A stretch of DNA of 64,000 bases, from the NCBI GenBank assembly GCA_964645535.1, contig CAZYCQ010000003.1, forward strand, positions 1-64,000, in the 5' to 3' direction. Made by a program: the position numbers and the translations under genes. The notes beneath the pieces were generated by a model. It was not told the DNA's origin and ran no database searches. It saw only the letters and a list, made by a program, of their open reading frames with translations. Within the stretch, counting starts at the first letter, position 1, and each line of letters opens with the position of its first letter. Positions 56,066 to 64,000 of the stretch are shown here, piece after piece. This stretch comes from an uncultured archaeon (lineage in GTDB: Archaea; Asgardarchaeota; Heimdallarchaeia; Heimdallarchaeales; Kariarchaeaceae).

Positions 56066-58006
56066 TTACCAGAGCGTGACGATCTTTTCTCGATACATTC
56101 CGTCACCAGGGCGGGTCTTGAAGACTTCATGGAATTCAGGAATATTTGCTAAGGCCACATTGACCCTTGCTTCAGGAGGAGAATGGGGATCGGATGTTCT
56201 TAACACCTCTTGGATTTCTGGTCGACTTAATGCCCGCCAAATCCTAGCATAGGACATAAAGAATTTTTCCTCATTGCTGAATTTGTCTGAGGGAGGCTCA
56301 CCATGTTTCCTGAAGTGTTCTTTCATCGCTGCAAATGCAATTCTTATCCCGCCAATATCTCCAATGTTTTCTCCTAACGTAAGTTTTCCAATAAGGGGTT
56401 TTCCATTCACTTTGAATTTTTCATATTCCTCAATAAAATGTTGTGCACGTTCATTGAAAGCCTTTCTATCCTCATCCGTCCACCAATTTTCCATATTTCC
56501 GTCAGGACCGAACATGCTCCCTTTGTCGTCATATCCATGAGTTATTTCGTGCCCGATGACAGCACCAATTCCACCATAATTTTCTGCATCGCTCAACTGG
56601 GGATCAAAGAAGGGAAATTGAAGGATGGCAGCAGGAAACACGATTTCATTATGAAGCGGTGAATAATAGGCATTGACAGTCTGTGGGGACATGAACCACT
56701 TATTCTTGTCAGGAGCCTTGTAAAGATTTTTCAACATCAAGTCTCGATTGTATTTTACAGTTGTTCGGAGAATTTGACTGAAGGTCATGTCTTCAGATAA
56801 TTGAAGGCCTGAGTAATCCTCCCAAACGTCAGGATAACCAATCTTGACATTGAAAGCCTTCAATTTTTCCAATGCCTTTTCCTTGGTAATGTCACTCATC
56901 CACTCCAATGATTTTATTCGATTTTCCAAAGCAATAATTAGGTTGTTTACAAGTTCCTTCATTTTTTCCTTGGATGAGGGAGGAAAGAATTTCTCAACAT
57001 AGAGTTTGCCAACAAGTTCCCCTAGAATAAACCTGTTGTTCATCAACTCCACAATCCGTTTCCATAGTGGTTGCATTTCCTTCTGCCCTTGAAGTACTCT
57101 TCCATAGAAATCAAAATTTGCCTTTTCGAATCTTTCACTCAATGCAGATGCCGTCAGAAGAAGCAATCTAGCCTTAAGGTAAATTTTCCAAGTTTCAAGA
57201 TCTGTTTCTTGGAGCTGTTCATTGACAAAATCGAAAAATGCAGGATTATCGACATTGATATCCTTAAGTTCAAGATTGGTATAACTCCTCACAAAGCTGT
57301 CCCAATCAAAACTGGAATACTTTGAAACAAATTCCGAAAATTGCATCTTATTGTAGCTTAATTCAGGATCCCTTTTCTGGACTTGAGAATAATGTTTTTC
57401 TGCGAGTTTAGTTTCAAAATCAAGAACCTTCTTAGCTACGTCTTTGGCTTCGGATTCGCCGATGAATTCAAAGAGGGTTGCCAAATGCTCCACATATTTG
57501 TCCCTAATAGGTTGCTTATCCTCTTCCAAATAGTAGTCCCGATTTCCGAATCTGGGATTTGGTAAACTTAGACCTCCTGAACTGAAATGGGGTATCTCAA
57601 TTGATGTGTTCTTCCTGTCCATGTTTGAGGAGAAATTGATCAATCCCAAGACCATTTTGCTCTCCAGTTCCACAATTGCATGAATTAGGTCATGGCGCGA
57701 CGTGATGCCATCTATTGTTTCCAGCAATGGTCTGATCGGTTCAAAATCCAGTTCATTCCTTCGCTCCATGTCCATTCCTACTTTGTAGAAAATGGATATT
57801 GCTTGATATTCTCCATCATGGGGTTTTTCTACAATTGAACGGACGTCTTCCATGGCTTTGTCATGTAAAATTGTGAAACTACCATACCTCGTTTTGTCAG
57901 GAGGGATTTCGGTTGTCTTTAACCACTTCCCATTTACATATCTGAAAAAATCATCTTGAGGGCGAACCTCAGGATCGATATATTCGTCAATCCTTTCAAT
58001 TCCCAT
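56066..58006 (-). CDS. M13 family metallopeptidase (PepO/neprilysin-like)
   Basis: DDFFRYVNGKW, VNAYY, FPAAILQ, Zn motif HEITH, GENIGD, DPHSP. ATG 58006 preferred; no signal peptide. Confidence 0.95.
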   Translation of the reverse strand: MGIERIDEYIDPEVRPQDDFFRYVNGKWLKTTEIPPDKTRYGSFTILHDKAMEDVRSIVEKPHDGEYQAISIFYKVGMDMERRNELDFEPIRPLLETIDGITSRHDLIHAIVELESKMVLGLINFSSNMDRKNTSIEIPHFSSGGLSLPNPRFGNRDYYLEEDKQPIRDKYVEHLATLFEFIGESEAKDVAKKVLDFETKLAEKHYSQVQKRDPELSYNKMQFSEFVSKYSSFDWDSFVRSYTNLELKDINVDNPAFFDFVNEQLQETDLETWKIYLKARLLLLTASALSERFEKANFDFYGRVLQGQKEMQPLWKRIVELMNNRFILGELVGKLYVEKFFPPSSKEKMKELVNNLIIALENRIKSLEWMSDITKEKALEKLKAFNVKIGYPDVWEDYSGLQLSEDMTFSQILRTTVKYNRDLMLKNLYKAPDKNKWFMSPQTVNAYYSPLHNEIVFPAAILQFPFFDPQLSDAENYGGIGAVIGHEITHGYDDKGSMFGPDGNMENWWTDEDRKAFNERAQHFIEEYEKFKVNGKPLIGKLTLGENIGDIGGIRIAFAAMKEHFRKHGEPPSDKFSNEEKFFMSYARIWRALSRPEIQEVLRTSDPHSPPEARVNVALANIPEFHEVFKTRPGDGMYREKIVTLW

Positions 58007-58190
58007 ACTTTTTTCCTTGATTTTGTCTAAAATAAAAGGGATTTTGTAGTACCAGAGGAAATATGGAGATCTTTCCATCCAAACATTTTTTTACTCACAA
58101 AAAAAAGTTGATTCGCTAAGGTGATACGTATAGTCAATCGAAAAGAATCTTTCAAATGAACCACAAAAAATACTAGAACAACTGATTGAT

Positions 58191-60533
58191 TTGGATTCAT
58201 TCGACCCTCACAGGATCGAAACAATTATGCTCTCTCTTTGGGAAAGGGAATGGAGCTTACCAAAGAGCTTGCAGGATAATCCAAGTCAATTGTTTATCAT
58301 TGATACACCACCTCCATACACCAATGCGAAATGGCATCTAGGGGGAGCCATCCATTATTCTCAAATCGACATGATTGCAAGATCTATGCGATTGATGGGG
58401 AAGCAGGTATATTTCCCCATGGGATTGGACAGGAATGGACTTCCAATAGAAATTGCAGCTGAACAGGAATTCGGTATCAGCATGTTTTCTGTTCCTAGAA
58501 AAGAATTCATAGGCTTATGCAAGAAAATCCTTGACCGGTTAGGCGATCAGACTCTTGATTTGGTAAAACGGCTTGGAATCAGCTGTGATTCTCTTGAATG
58601 GGATCATGTTTACCGAACTGATTCTGATCAATTTAGGGCACTAACCCAATCTACTTTCATTGAATTGTACAAAAAGGGATTGATCAGCGAAAATTTGCGA
58701 CCAACCAATTGGGATCCTAGCCTGCAATCCACTATTGCGGATGCAGAAATTGAATATCGCATTGAAAAAAGTGAATTAATTGAAATTGCATTTCTGGTTC
58801 CTGAATTGGGTGAAACCCATTCGTTTACCACAACACGACCAGAACTCCTTCCAGCCATTCGAGCAATTATTTTCAATCCAGACGACGCCAGATATCGACA
58901 TTTGGAAGGGAAGGTTGCAAGAGTGCCATTATTAGAAAAAGAGGTGCCCATCATCCCACATCCTTCTGCCTCGCAGGACTATGGCACAGGACTTCTCCAA
59001 ATCTGTTCGTTTGGCGATCTAACGGATATCAGAACACTCAGAGAACTTGAGATTGAACCAATCTATATCATCGATCCCGATGGACGTCTAAATGAGAAAG
59101 CTGGCAAATATCAAGGGATGACAATTCCTGAAGCTCGAAGAACTATAAAGAAAGATCTTGAACCATATATTCTCTCCAAAAAAAAGGTAATGCATAGAAT
59201 CCCAATTTCAGAGAGAACTGGAACACCTGTGGAGTTTTTGGGAATGAATGAGTTTTATCTCAAGCAGAGGGAGTTTGTTCCAATCCTGAAAAGATATGCC
59301 ACAGAGGTGAAGTTTGTCCCTGAACAAATGAGACAAAGATGGCTTGATTGGTTGGAAAGTATCAAGACGGAATGGCCCATTTCCCGCAGGAGGTTTTATG
59401 GTACAGAAATCCCACTTTGGTATTGCAATTCCTGCAATGAAACTATCCTTCCACCACCGGGAAGGTACTATAAGCCATGGGCAGAACCTCCACCCATTCA
59501 ATCATGTCAGAAATGTGGAAGCGAAAGTTTCAAAGGAGAGACAAGAACATTTGACACGTGGATGGATTCCTCAATTACAGTAATGTACATCCTAAAATTC
59601 CCTTTCAATGACCAAAATCTTTCTATTTTTGATCAAGTCAATTCGCGAAACTTCTTGGCCGACATCCGTCCTCAAGGCAAAGACATCATCAGGACATGGC
59701 TCCACTATTCCTTCCTGAGAATTCACCAATTAGAAGGAAAAAGGGCATTTGCCGTAGCTTGGATATCCGGACATGTGGTTTCTGAAAAAGGGGAAAGATT
59801 TTCAAAACGAAAAGGAAACTCCCCAGATCCAGAAGAATTCATTGACAAATATGGAGCAGATTCCCTCAGGCTATTTGGCGCGCTAGAAACAAAAACCGGG
59901 TCAGACATCAGGTTTTCAGAAACAGCTGTTAAAGCATCTTGGAAATTCCTCAAGAAACTATTCAATCTTGCCAGGTTCATTTCCAGTTTCGAAAAGCCTC
60001 GCGAATATTCCTTGCGCAAGATTGATTGGTGGATACTTGAAGAATTGAATAAAGTTATTGAGACTTGCAAGGAAGGATATCTTCAATTTGAGTTTCAACA
60101 GGCATTGAGGGAATTACGGACATTCACGCAAAAGCTGTTTGCTTCCACCTATGTCGAGATTGTGAAGGATCGTGCATACAATCACAATAAGAAATTCAAT
60201 CAAGCAAAGTCTAATGGAGCCAAATGGACTCTCCATCATGTATTTCATACTATACTCTTGCTGTTCTCACCGATCATTCCATTTACAACAGACATTCTCT
60301 ATCGTAAATTGAATGATGGAAAAACCATTTTTGGGATACATTTCCCGAAAAAGCTTGAAACCGATTCAACCCTATCTGATTTAACTGATGATCTACTCGC
60401 TTTCAATTCCTTTGTTTGGACCTTCAAGAAAAAACAGGGATTGGCTCTCAATGATCCGATTGCAGACATTGAGGTTCCGAAGAAATTGTCTCCATTCCTT
60501 GAAGACTTGAAATCTATGCATAAGCTCCTTTGA
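58191..60533 (+). CDS. valS: Valyl-tRNA synthetase, archaeal type, with variant signature motifs
   Basis: IDTPPPY, DRNGLP, editing motif TTRPE, GTGLLQICSFGD, WPISRRRFYGTEIPLW, DTWMDSS, QGKDIIRTW; HIGH appears as HLGG and KMSKS as RFSKR. Confidence 0.9.
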   Translation: MDSFDPHRIETIMLSLWEREWSLPKSLQDNPSQLFIIDTPPPYTNAKWHLGGAIHYSQIDMIARSMRLMGKQVYFPMGLDRNGLPIEIAAEQEFGISMFSVPRKEFIGLCKKILDRLGDQTLDLVKRLGISCDSLEWDHVYRTDSDQFRALTQSTFIELYKKGLISENLRPTNWDPSLQSTIADAEIEYRIEKSELIEIAFLVPELGETHSFTTTRPELLPAIRAIIFNPDDARYRHLEGKVARVPLLEKEVPIIPHPSASQDYGTGLLQICSFGDLTDIRTLRELEIEPIYIIDPDGRLNEKAGKYQGMTIPEARRTIKKDLEPYILSKKKVMHRIPISERTGTPVEFLGMNEFYLKQREFVPILKRYATEVKFVPEQMRQRWLDWLESIKTEWPISRRRFYGTEIPLWYCNSCNETILPPPGRYYKPWAEPPPIQSCQKCGSESFKGETRTFDTWMDSSITVMYILKFPFNDQNLSIFDQVNSRNFLADIRPQGKDIIRTWLHYSFLRIHQLEGKRAFAVAWISGHVVSEKGERFSKRKGNSPDPEEFIDKYGADSLRLFGALETKTGSDIRFSETAVKASWKFLKKLFNLARFISSFEKPREYSLRKIDWWILEELNKVIETCKEGYLQFEFQQALRELRTFTQKLFASTYVEIVKDRAYNHNKKFNQAKSNGAKWTLHHVFHTILLLFSPIIPFTTDILYRKLNDGKTIFGIHFPKKLETDSTLSDLTDDLLAFNSFVWTFKKKQGLALNDPIADIEVPKKLSPFLEDLKSMHKLL

Positions 60534-61136
60534 AATTTCGTGAAAAACCAGTTGTTAGCACAACCAATAAGTTGAGAAAAGGAAATTTCTTCAACCAAAA
60601 GTTTATTTTTTGATAAGAAAACATCCCGTTGGGAGACGGGTTACGAAAATATTTATCCGAATAAAATCTCAAATATTTTTGCTTGAACACTAATAAATCA
60701 TTGTGTGTAAAATTTAAAAAATAAAAGGAAAACCGATATGCAAAAGAGTTACCTACATTCCGAAAAATTCCGTGAAATAAACGTAAATATGAGGAAACAA
60801 TTTGCTTTATTCATTTTTGCAGAAAGAAAGGCAGATTTTGAAGATTTTCGAAGGTTTCCCTGAGGACGAATTTCAATCACCTGCAAGAAGATTAGATTTT
60901 CCCTTGTCAATGGCTGATTTACGTTTATTCTTCATCCATTACTACAGAAGCACAGTAAATGGCTCCGAAAGCCATACGAATTTCGGATAACTTAGAGGGA
61001 AAATTTATGAATTCAATAAATGTAAAAATGGAAATTAAACCCCTATTCTTACAGATTTTTTGGTTTCCATGAATGACACATGAACGGATTAATTTTTTTG
61101 TTGAAACTAAAGCAATAATTCAAGGACAGGGATTAG

Positions 61137-61144
61137 ATATAAAT
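61137..61144 (+). promoter_or_regulatory. Probable TATA box (ATATAAAT) of the surface-protein gene
   Basis: Lies about 32 bp upstream of the ATG at 61176 and follows a purine-rich BRE-like stretch. Confidence 0.45.
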
Positions 61145-61175
61145 ACTACACCTCTGTTAGACAACATGGGATACT

Positions 61176-62354
61176 ATGAAAATCCGCGCATATACATTCT
61201 CATGGTTACTCATCGCTTTCATGTTCGCTGCCGCGGGAACTCCCGCAGTAGTTGCTAACGTTGAAAGGCCAGTCAATGAGGGAATCGGCTTTGCCTATTT
61301 CGATAATTCCACTCGTGACTTTAATGTCGACATTTACTTTGTCGGTAACACCACACTTCCTGGTGGACAACTGCCCAGTGGAGGAACTGAAGGAGGGTTT
61401 GACGTTTACAACTATGAAACGGACACAGCAGTCCCCATTGTAAATGTTAAGTTCAATTACAGCGGACTCATCACCGTGAACGGATCTGATGCTGCTGGTC
61501 AAGCCTTTGTTGTTTCAAAGAACTTCCTTAAGATGGCCACATCGGGCGGTGAACACACCACCACGGGTTTTGCAGTTCCACTTTCTCAAGGAGATAACTT
61601 TGTTTCTGTCATCTATATTGCGGCCGACGAAAGTGGCAATTATCATTATGCCATTGACACGGTTATCGTCAGAGTAAGAGCTGATGGAAACTTTAATGAC
61701 AAGCCCACCTACAAGGATGGCAAGGTCACCTTCGATGTTGAAGACCAATTCTCTGAAGGATCCAAATATCCTCTGGACTATCCAGATTTCGATTACAATG
61801 ATCCAGTTACGGATCTCTCCTTCAAAAATTATGATGGAGAGACCATTGATGGAACTGCTCAAGCAACTGCCTTCGTTCAAGAACTTGGTCTTAATGTGAC
61901 TGGTTCCGTTAATTCAACTGGTACTGTCGCACTTGACCCTGACTTCCTCAATGGAACCGATGCAGTCAAGGGCAAACTATTCTATGTTGACGACTATGGT
62001 GTACATGACTTCCCAAGTGAGTTCAATTTCACCGGAGGTTCCCTCAACGCAACCTTCAAGACTTTTGACACTGTTGCTGATGCTGAGCTTGGTGGTGAAT
62101 CCTTCCTTGGAATGCTCACCTTTGCACCCAATGGAATTTTCTCTGGTGATGCTGAAAACTCTGATGCTGAGGCAACCTATTTCAGCGAATTTGGTGCCAC
62201 CTTGGATGGTGCTTCCTTCTTTGTTGTAGAAGGTAATGTAACCGTTACAACCGAAAGCACTGGTAGTGGCAGTCCAATCAACTTCGCGGCTGTTGGTTTC
62301 GGTTTGTTCTCAGCCAGCCTTGCAACATACTTTGTACGCAGAAGAAAGAAATAA
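61176..62354 (+). CDS. Acidic secreted surface glycoprotein with C-terminal sorting/anchor signal (S-layer-like candidate)
   Basis: Signal peptide; G/T/D/F-rich beta-type body with about 10 N-x-S/T sequons; T/S/G linker; SPINF + TM + RRRKK tail resembling archaeal CTERM sorting signals. Confidence 0.78.
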   Translation: MKIRAYTFSWLLIAFMFAAAGTPAVVANVERPVNEGIGFAYFDNSTRDFNVDIYFVGNTTLPGGQLPSGGTEGGFDVYNYETDTAVPIVNVKFNYSGLITVNGSDAAGQAFVVSKNFLKMATSGGEHTTTGFAVPLSQGDNFVSVIYIAADESGNYHYAIDTVIVRVRADGNFNDKPTYKDGKVTFDVEDQFSEGSKYPLDYPDFDYNDPVTDLSFKNYDGETIDGTAQATAFVQELGLNVTGSVNSTGTVALDPDFLNGTDAVKGKLFYVDDYGVHDFPSEFNFTGGSLNATFKTFDTVADAELGGESFLGMLTFAPNGIFSGDAENSDAEATYFSEFGATLDGASFFVVEGNVTVTTESTGSGSPINFAAVGFGLFSASLATYFVRRRKK

Positions 62355-62520
62355 AATTCATAAATAACAATCCACATCAATAATTTTCCATTTAATCTCA
62401 ACAACAATTAATTGAATTGCGTAAAACGATTATTTTCCAACATTTTCAGATTTAGGGAAGAGGGTAATATGCATCTTTATTAATTGGATTGAAGAAAGTA
62501 TATTGCTAGAGGACGATAGA

Positions 62521-63015
62521 ATGGCAGGTATGAAAATAACCAAGCCAGATGGAACAATTGTGGAGATAGACAAGAGTATGCTCAAGTCTCTCTCTCCAGA
62601 CCAATTGGCTGCCCTCATGTCGTCCTTAACCCAATCTACATCACCACCGCCTCAGAAAACCTCTTCAGAAAGTGAAAAGATTGCGTACATGAGAACGCCA
62701 GAAGAGATTTGGAATGGTGGTAAAAGGGAAAGGATCGGGTTATTCCTCGCCAATCAATATGCTCTTGGAATGACTTTGGAAACAGTTGACATCCATCGGG
62801 ATTGGATGGAAACTCTTGTAAGCAAAAACTATGATCTCTATATAGAGAAATCCCATCTCACACAGTATTTGACTAGGCTTGCGGAAATGGGATATTTGAA
62901 AAAGGAAAAGATACCAGGAAGAGGAGTGGTATGGACTACCTTGGAATTGCTTTATGAGCATTATCCCCAAGTCCCCATGGAGAATTTCCAAAAGATTGCA
63001 TTGGAGATCACATAG
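62521..63015 (+). CDS. Hypothetical protein with C-terminal winged-helix domain
   Basis: HLTQYLTRLAEMGYLKKEKIPGRGVVW wHTH-like ending; S/T/P linker. ATG 62521 preferred over TTG 62503. Confidence 0.6.
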   Translation: MAGMKITKPDGTIVEIDKSMLKSLSPDQLAALMSSLTQSTSPPPQKTSSESEKIAYMRTPEEIWNGGKRERIGLFLANQYALGMTLETVDIHRDWMETLVSKNYDLYIEKSHLTQYLTRLAEMGYLKKEKIPGRGVVWTTLELLYEHYPQVPMENFQKIALEIT

Positions 63016-64000
63016 GCATATTTGCATGTTTTTTCGGAGGAATGTGCTCTCGTTTGCTGAGAGTAAAGTTGAGGGCTTTGATCAGGATGTCTCGTGTTTC
63101 TTCGGGAAAGATAACTCCATCAATTAATCCAAGTTCAGCAGCAATATATGGATTGGAAAACTGTTCTTCATACAGATCTATCATTTCTTTTCTTTTCTTC
63201 TCAGGATTTTCTGCCTTAGATATTTCTTTACGGAAAATGATGTTGGCAGCACCACTGGCACCCATAACCGCAATTTCTGCGGTAGGCCACGCATAGACTT
63301 GGTCTGCACCAGAATGCCTGCTTCCAAGCACATCATATGCACCTCCAAAGTCTTTTCGTAGAATTATGGTCAATTTGGGAACGGTCGCCTCGCAATAGGC
63401 ATAAAGAAGTTTTGCACCATGCCTGATGATGCCACCAAACTCCTGATCAGAACCTGGAAGGAAGCCAGGGACATCAACAAAGGTGACAATGGGAATATTG
63501 AAGGAATCACAGAATCTGATGAAACGGGCGGCCTTATCTGAAGCATTGATATCCAAGGTACCGGCCATATGCTTCGGTTGGTTTGCCACAATACCTACAG
63601 GATATCCATCCAATCTTGCAAAACCTATGACAATATTTTGGGCATATTCTTTCTGAATCTCAAAAAAGGAATTTTCATCAACAACTCTAATAATTATCTC
63701 AGTTACATCAAAAGGTTTGTTTACATTGTCTGGAAGAACTTCCCTCAATTCCATGGGGTCACTTCTAGGAGAAACAGGTTCTGACCGAGGAGGATCAGAC
63801 AGATTGTTTTGAGGGATATATTCAAGCAATTTCTTGACATATGCCAAGGCAGTAGCCTCATTTTTTGCTCTAAAATGGGCCACACCACTCTTGCGATTAT
63901 GAGTAATGGAACCGCCCAAATCCTCAAAAGAAATATCCTCGCCTGTCACTTCCTTAACCACATTGGGACCGGTGATAAACATATACGATGTTTCATCAAC
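63008..64000 (-). CDS. Acyl-CoA (propionyl/methylmalonyl-CoA) carboxylase carboxyltransferase beta subunit, 5'-truncated by the window edge
   Basis: TSYMFITGP, SGVAHF, GFARLDG, VANQP, DKAARFIRFCD, VDVPGFLPG..QE.GGIIRHGAK, WPTAEIAVMG, KKHANMP; frame open to position 64000. Confidence 0.95.
   Translation of the reverse strand, partial: VDETSYMFITGPNVVKEVTGEDISFEDLGGSITHNRKSGVAHFRAKNEATALAYVKKLLEYIPQNNLSDPPRSEPVSPRSDPMELREVLPDNVNKPFDVTEIIIRVVDENSFFEIQKEYAQNIVIGFARLDGYPVGIVANQPKHMAGTLDINASDKAARFIRFCDSFNIPIVTFVDVPGFLPGSDQEFGGIIRHGAKLLYAYCEATVPKLTIILRKDFGGAYDVLGSRHSGADQVYAWPTAEIAVMGASGAANIIFRKEISKAENPEKKRKEMIDLYEEQFSNPYIAAELGLIDGVIFPEETRDILIKALNFTLSKREHIPPKKHANMPM

Noticed and set aside
60653-60990. 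9-bp inverted repeat TTATCCGAA...TTCGGATAA as MITE ends, or the AT-rich gap as a replication origin
   Set aside because: No target-site duplication, no second copy in the window, no ORB-like repeats and no adjacent orc1/cdc6.
60802-61258. Short ORFs 60802-60990 and 61073-61258 in the long intergenic region
   Set aside because: They have no SD, motif or typical composition, and the second overlaps the promoter and start of the surface-protein gene.

Overview
Gene-dense archaeal chromosomal segment. It is very probably from an Asgard archaeon (inference): eS8-SRP19-Gar1, Nop5-fibrillarin, an unannotated eS30, a Rab/Rho-like small GTPase and a longin-domain protein are all present. Most of the window is housekeeping and heterotrophic metabolism: LipA, S10 and M13 peptidases, IorB-like protein, H+-PPase, Elp3, TruD, Pth2, geranylgeranyl reductase, Moa genes, ETF, ValRS and an acyl-CoA carboxylase beta subunit. 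I found no tRNA, rRNA, CRISPR array or intact transposase. The outstanding element is a 15.4 kb two-gene operon (about 35.6-51.0 kb) encoding two giant secreted, C-terminally anchored, predicted Ca2+-binding surface proteins. The first carries an amphipathic-helix region and a very hydrophobic beta-sheet module on about 26 thrombospondin-type-3-like repeats. The second carries more than 20 FG-GAP-like, PQQ-like and Asp-box propeller repeats. The operon is preceded by an exact 14-bp tandem near-palindrome overlapping the TATA box, and by a DUF2080-like gene coupled to a membrane micro-protein. Other candidates for undescribed systems are a MinD/ParA ATPase translationally coupled to a longin-winged-helix protein, a divergent PriS-like primase-polymerase next to AlkA, and a 5-TM glycoprotein with a long helical ectodomain. 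All family calls come from motifs recognised by eye; no searches were run.
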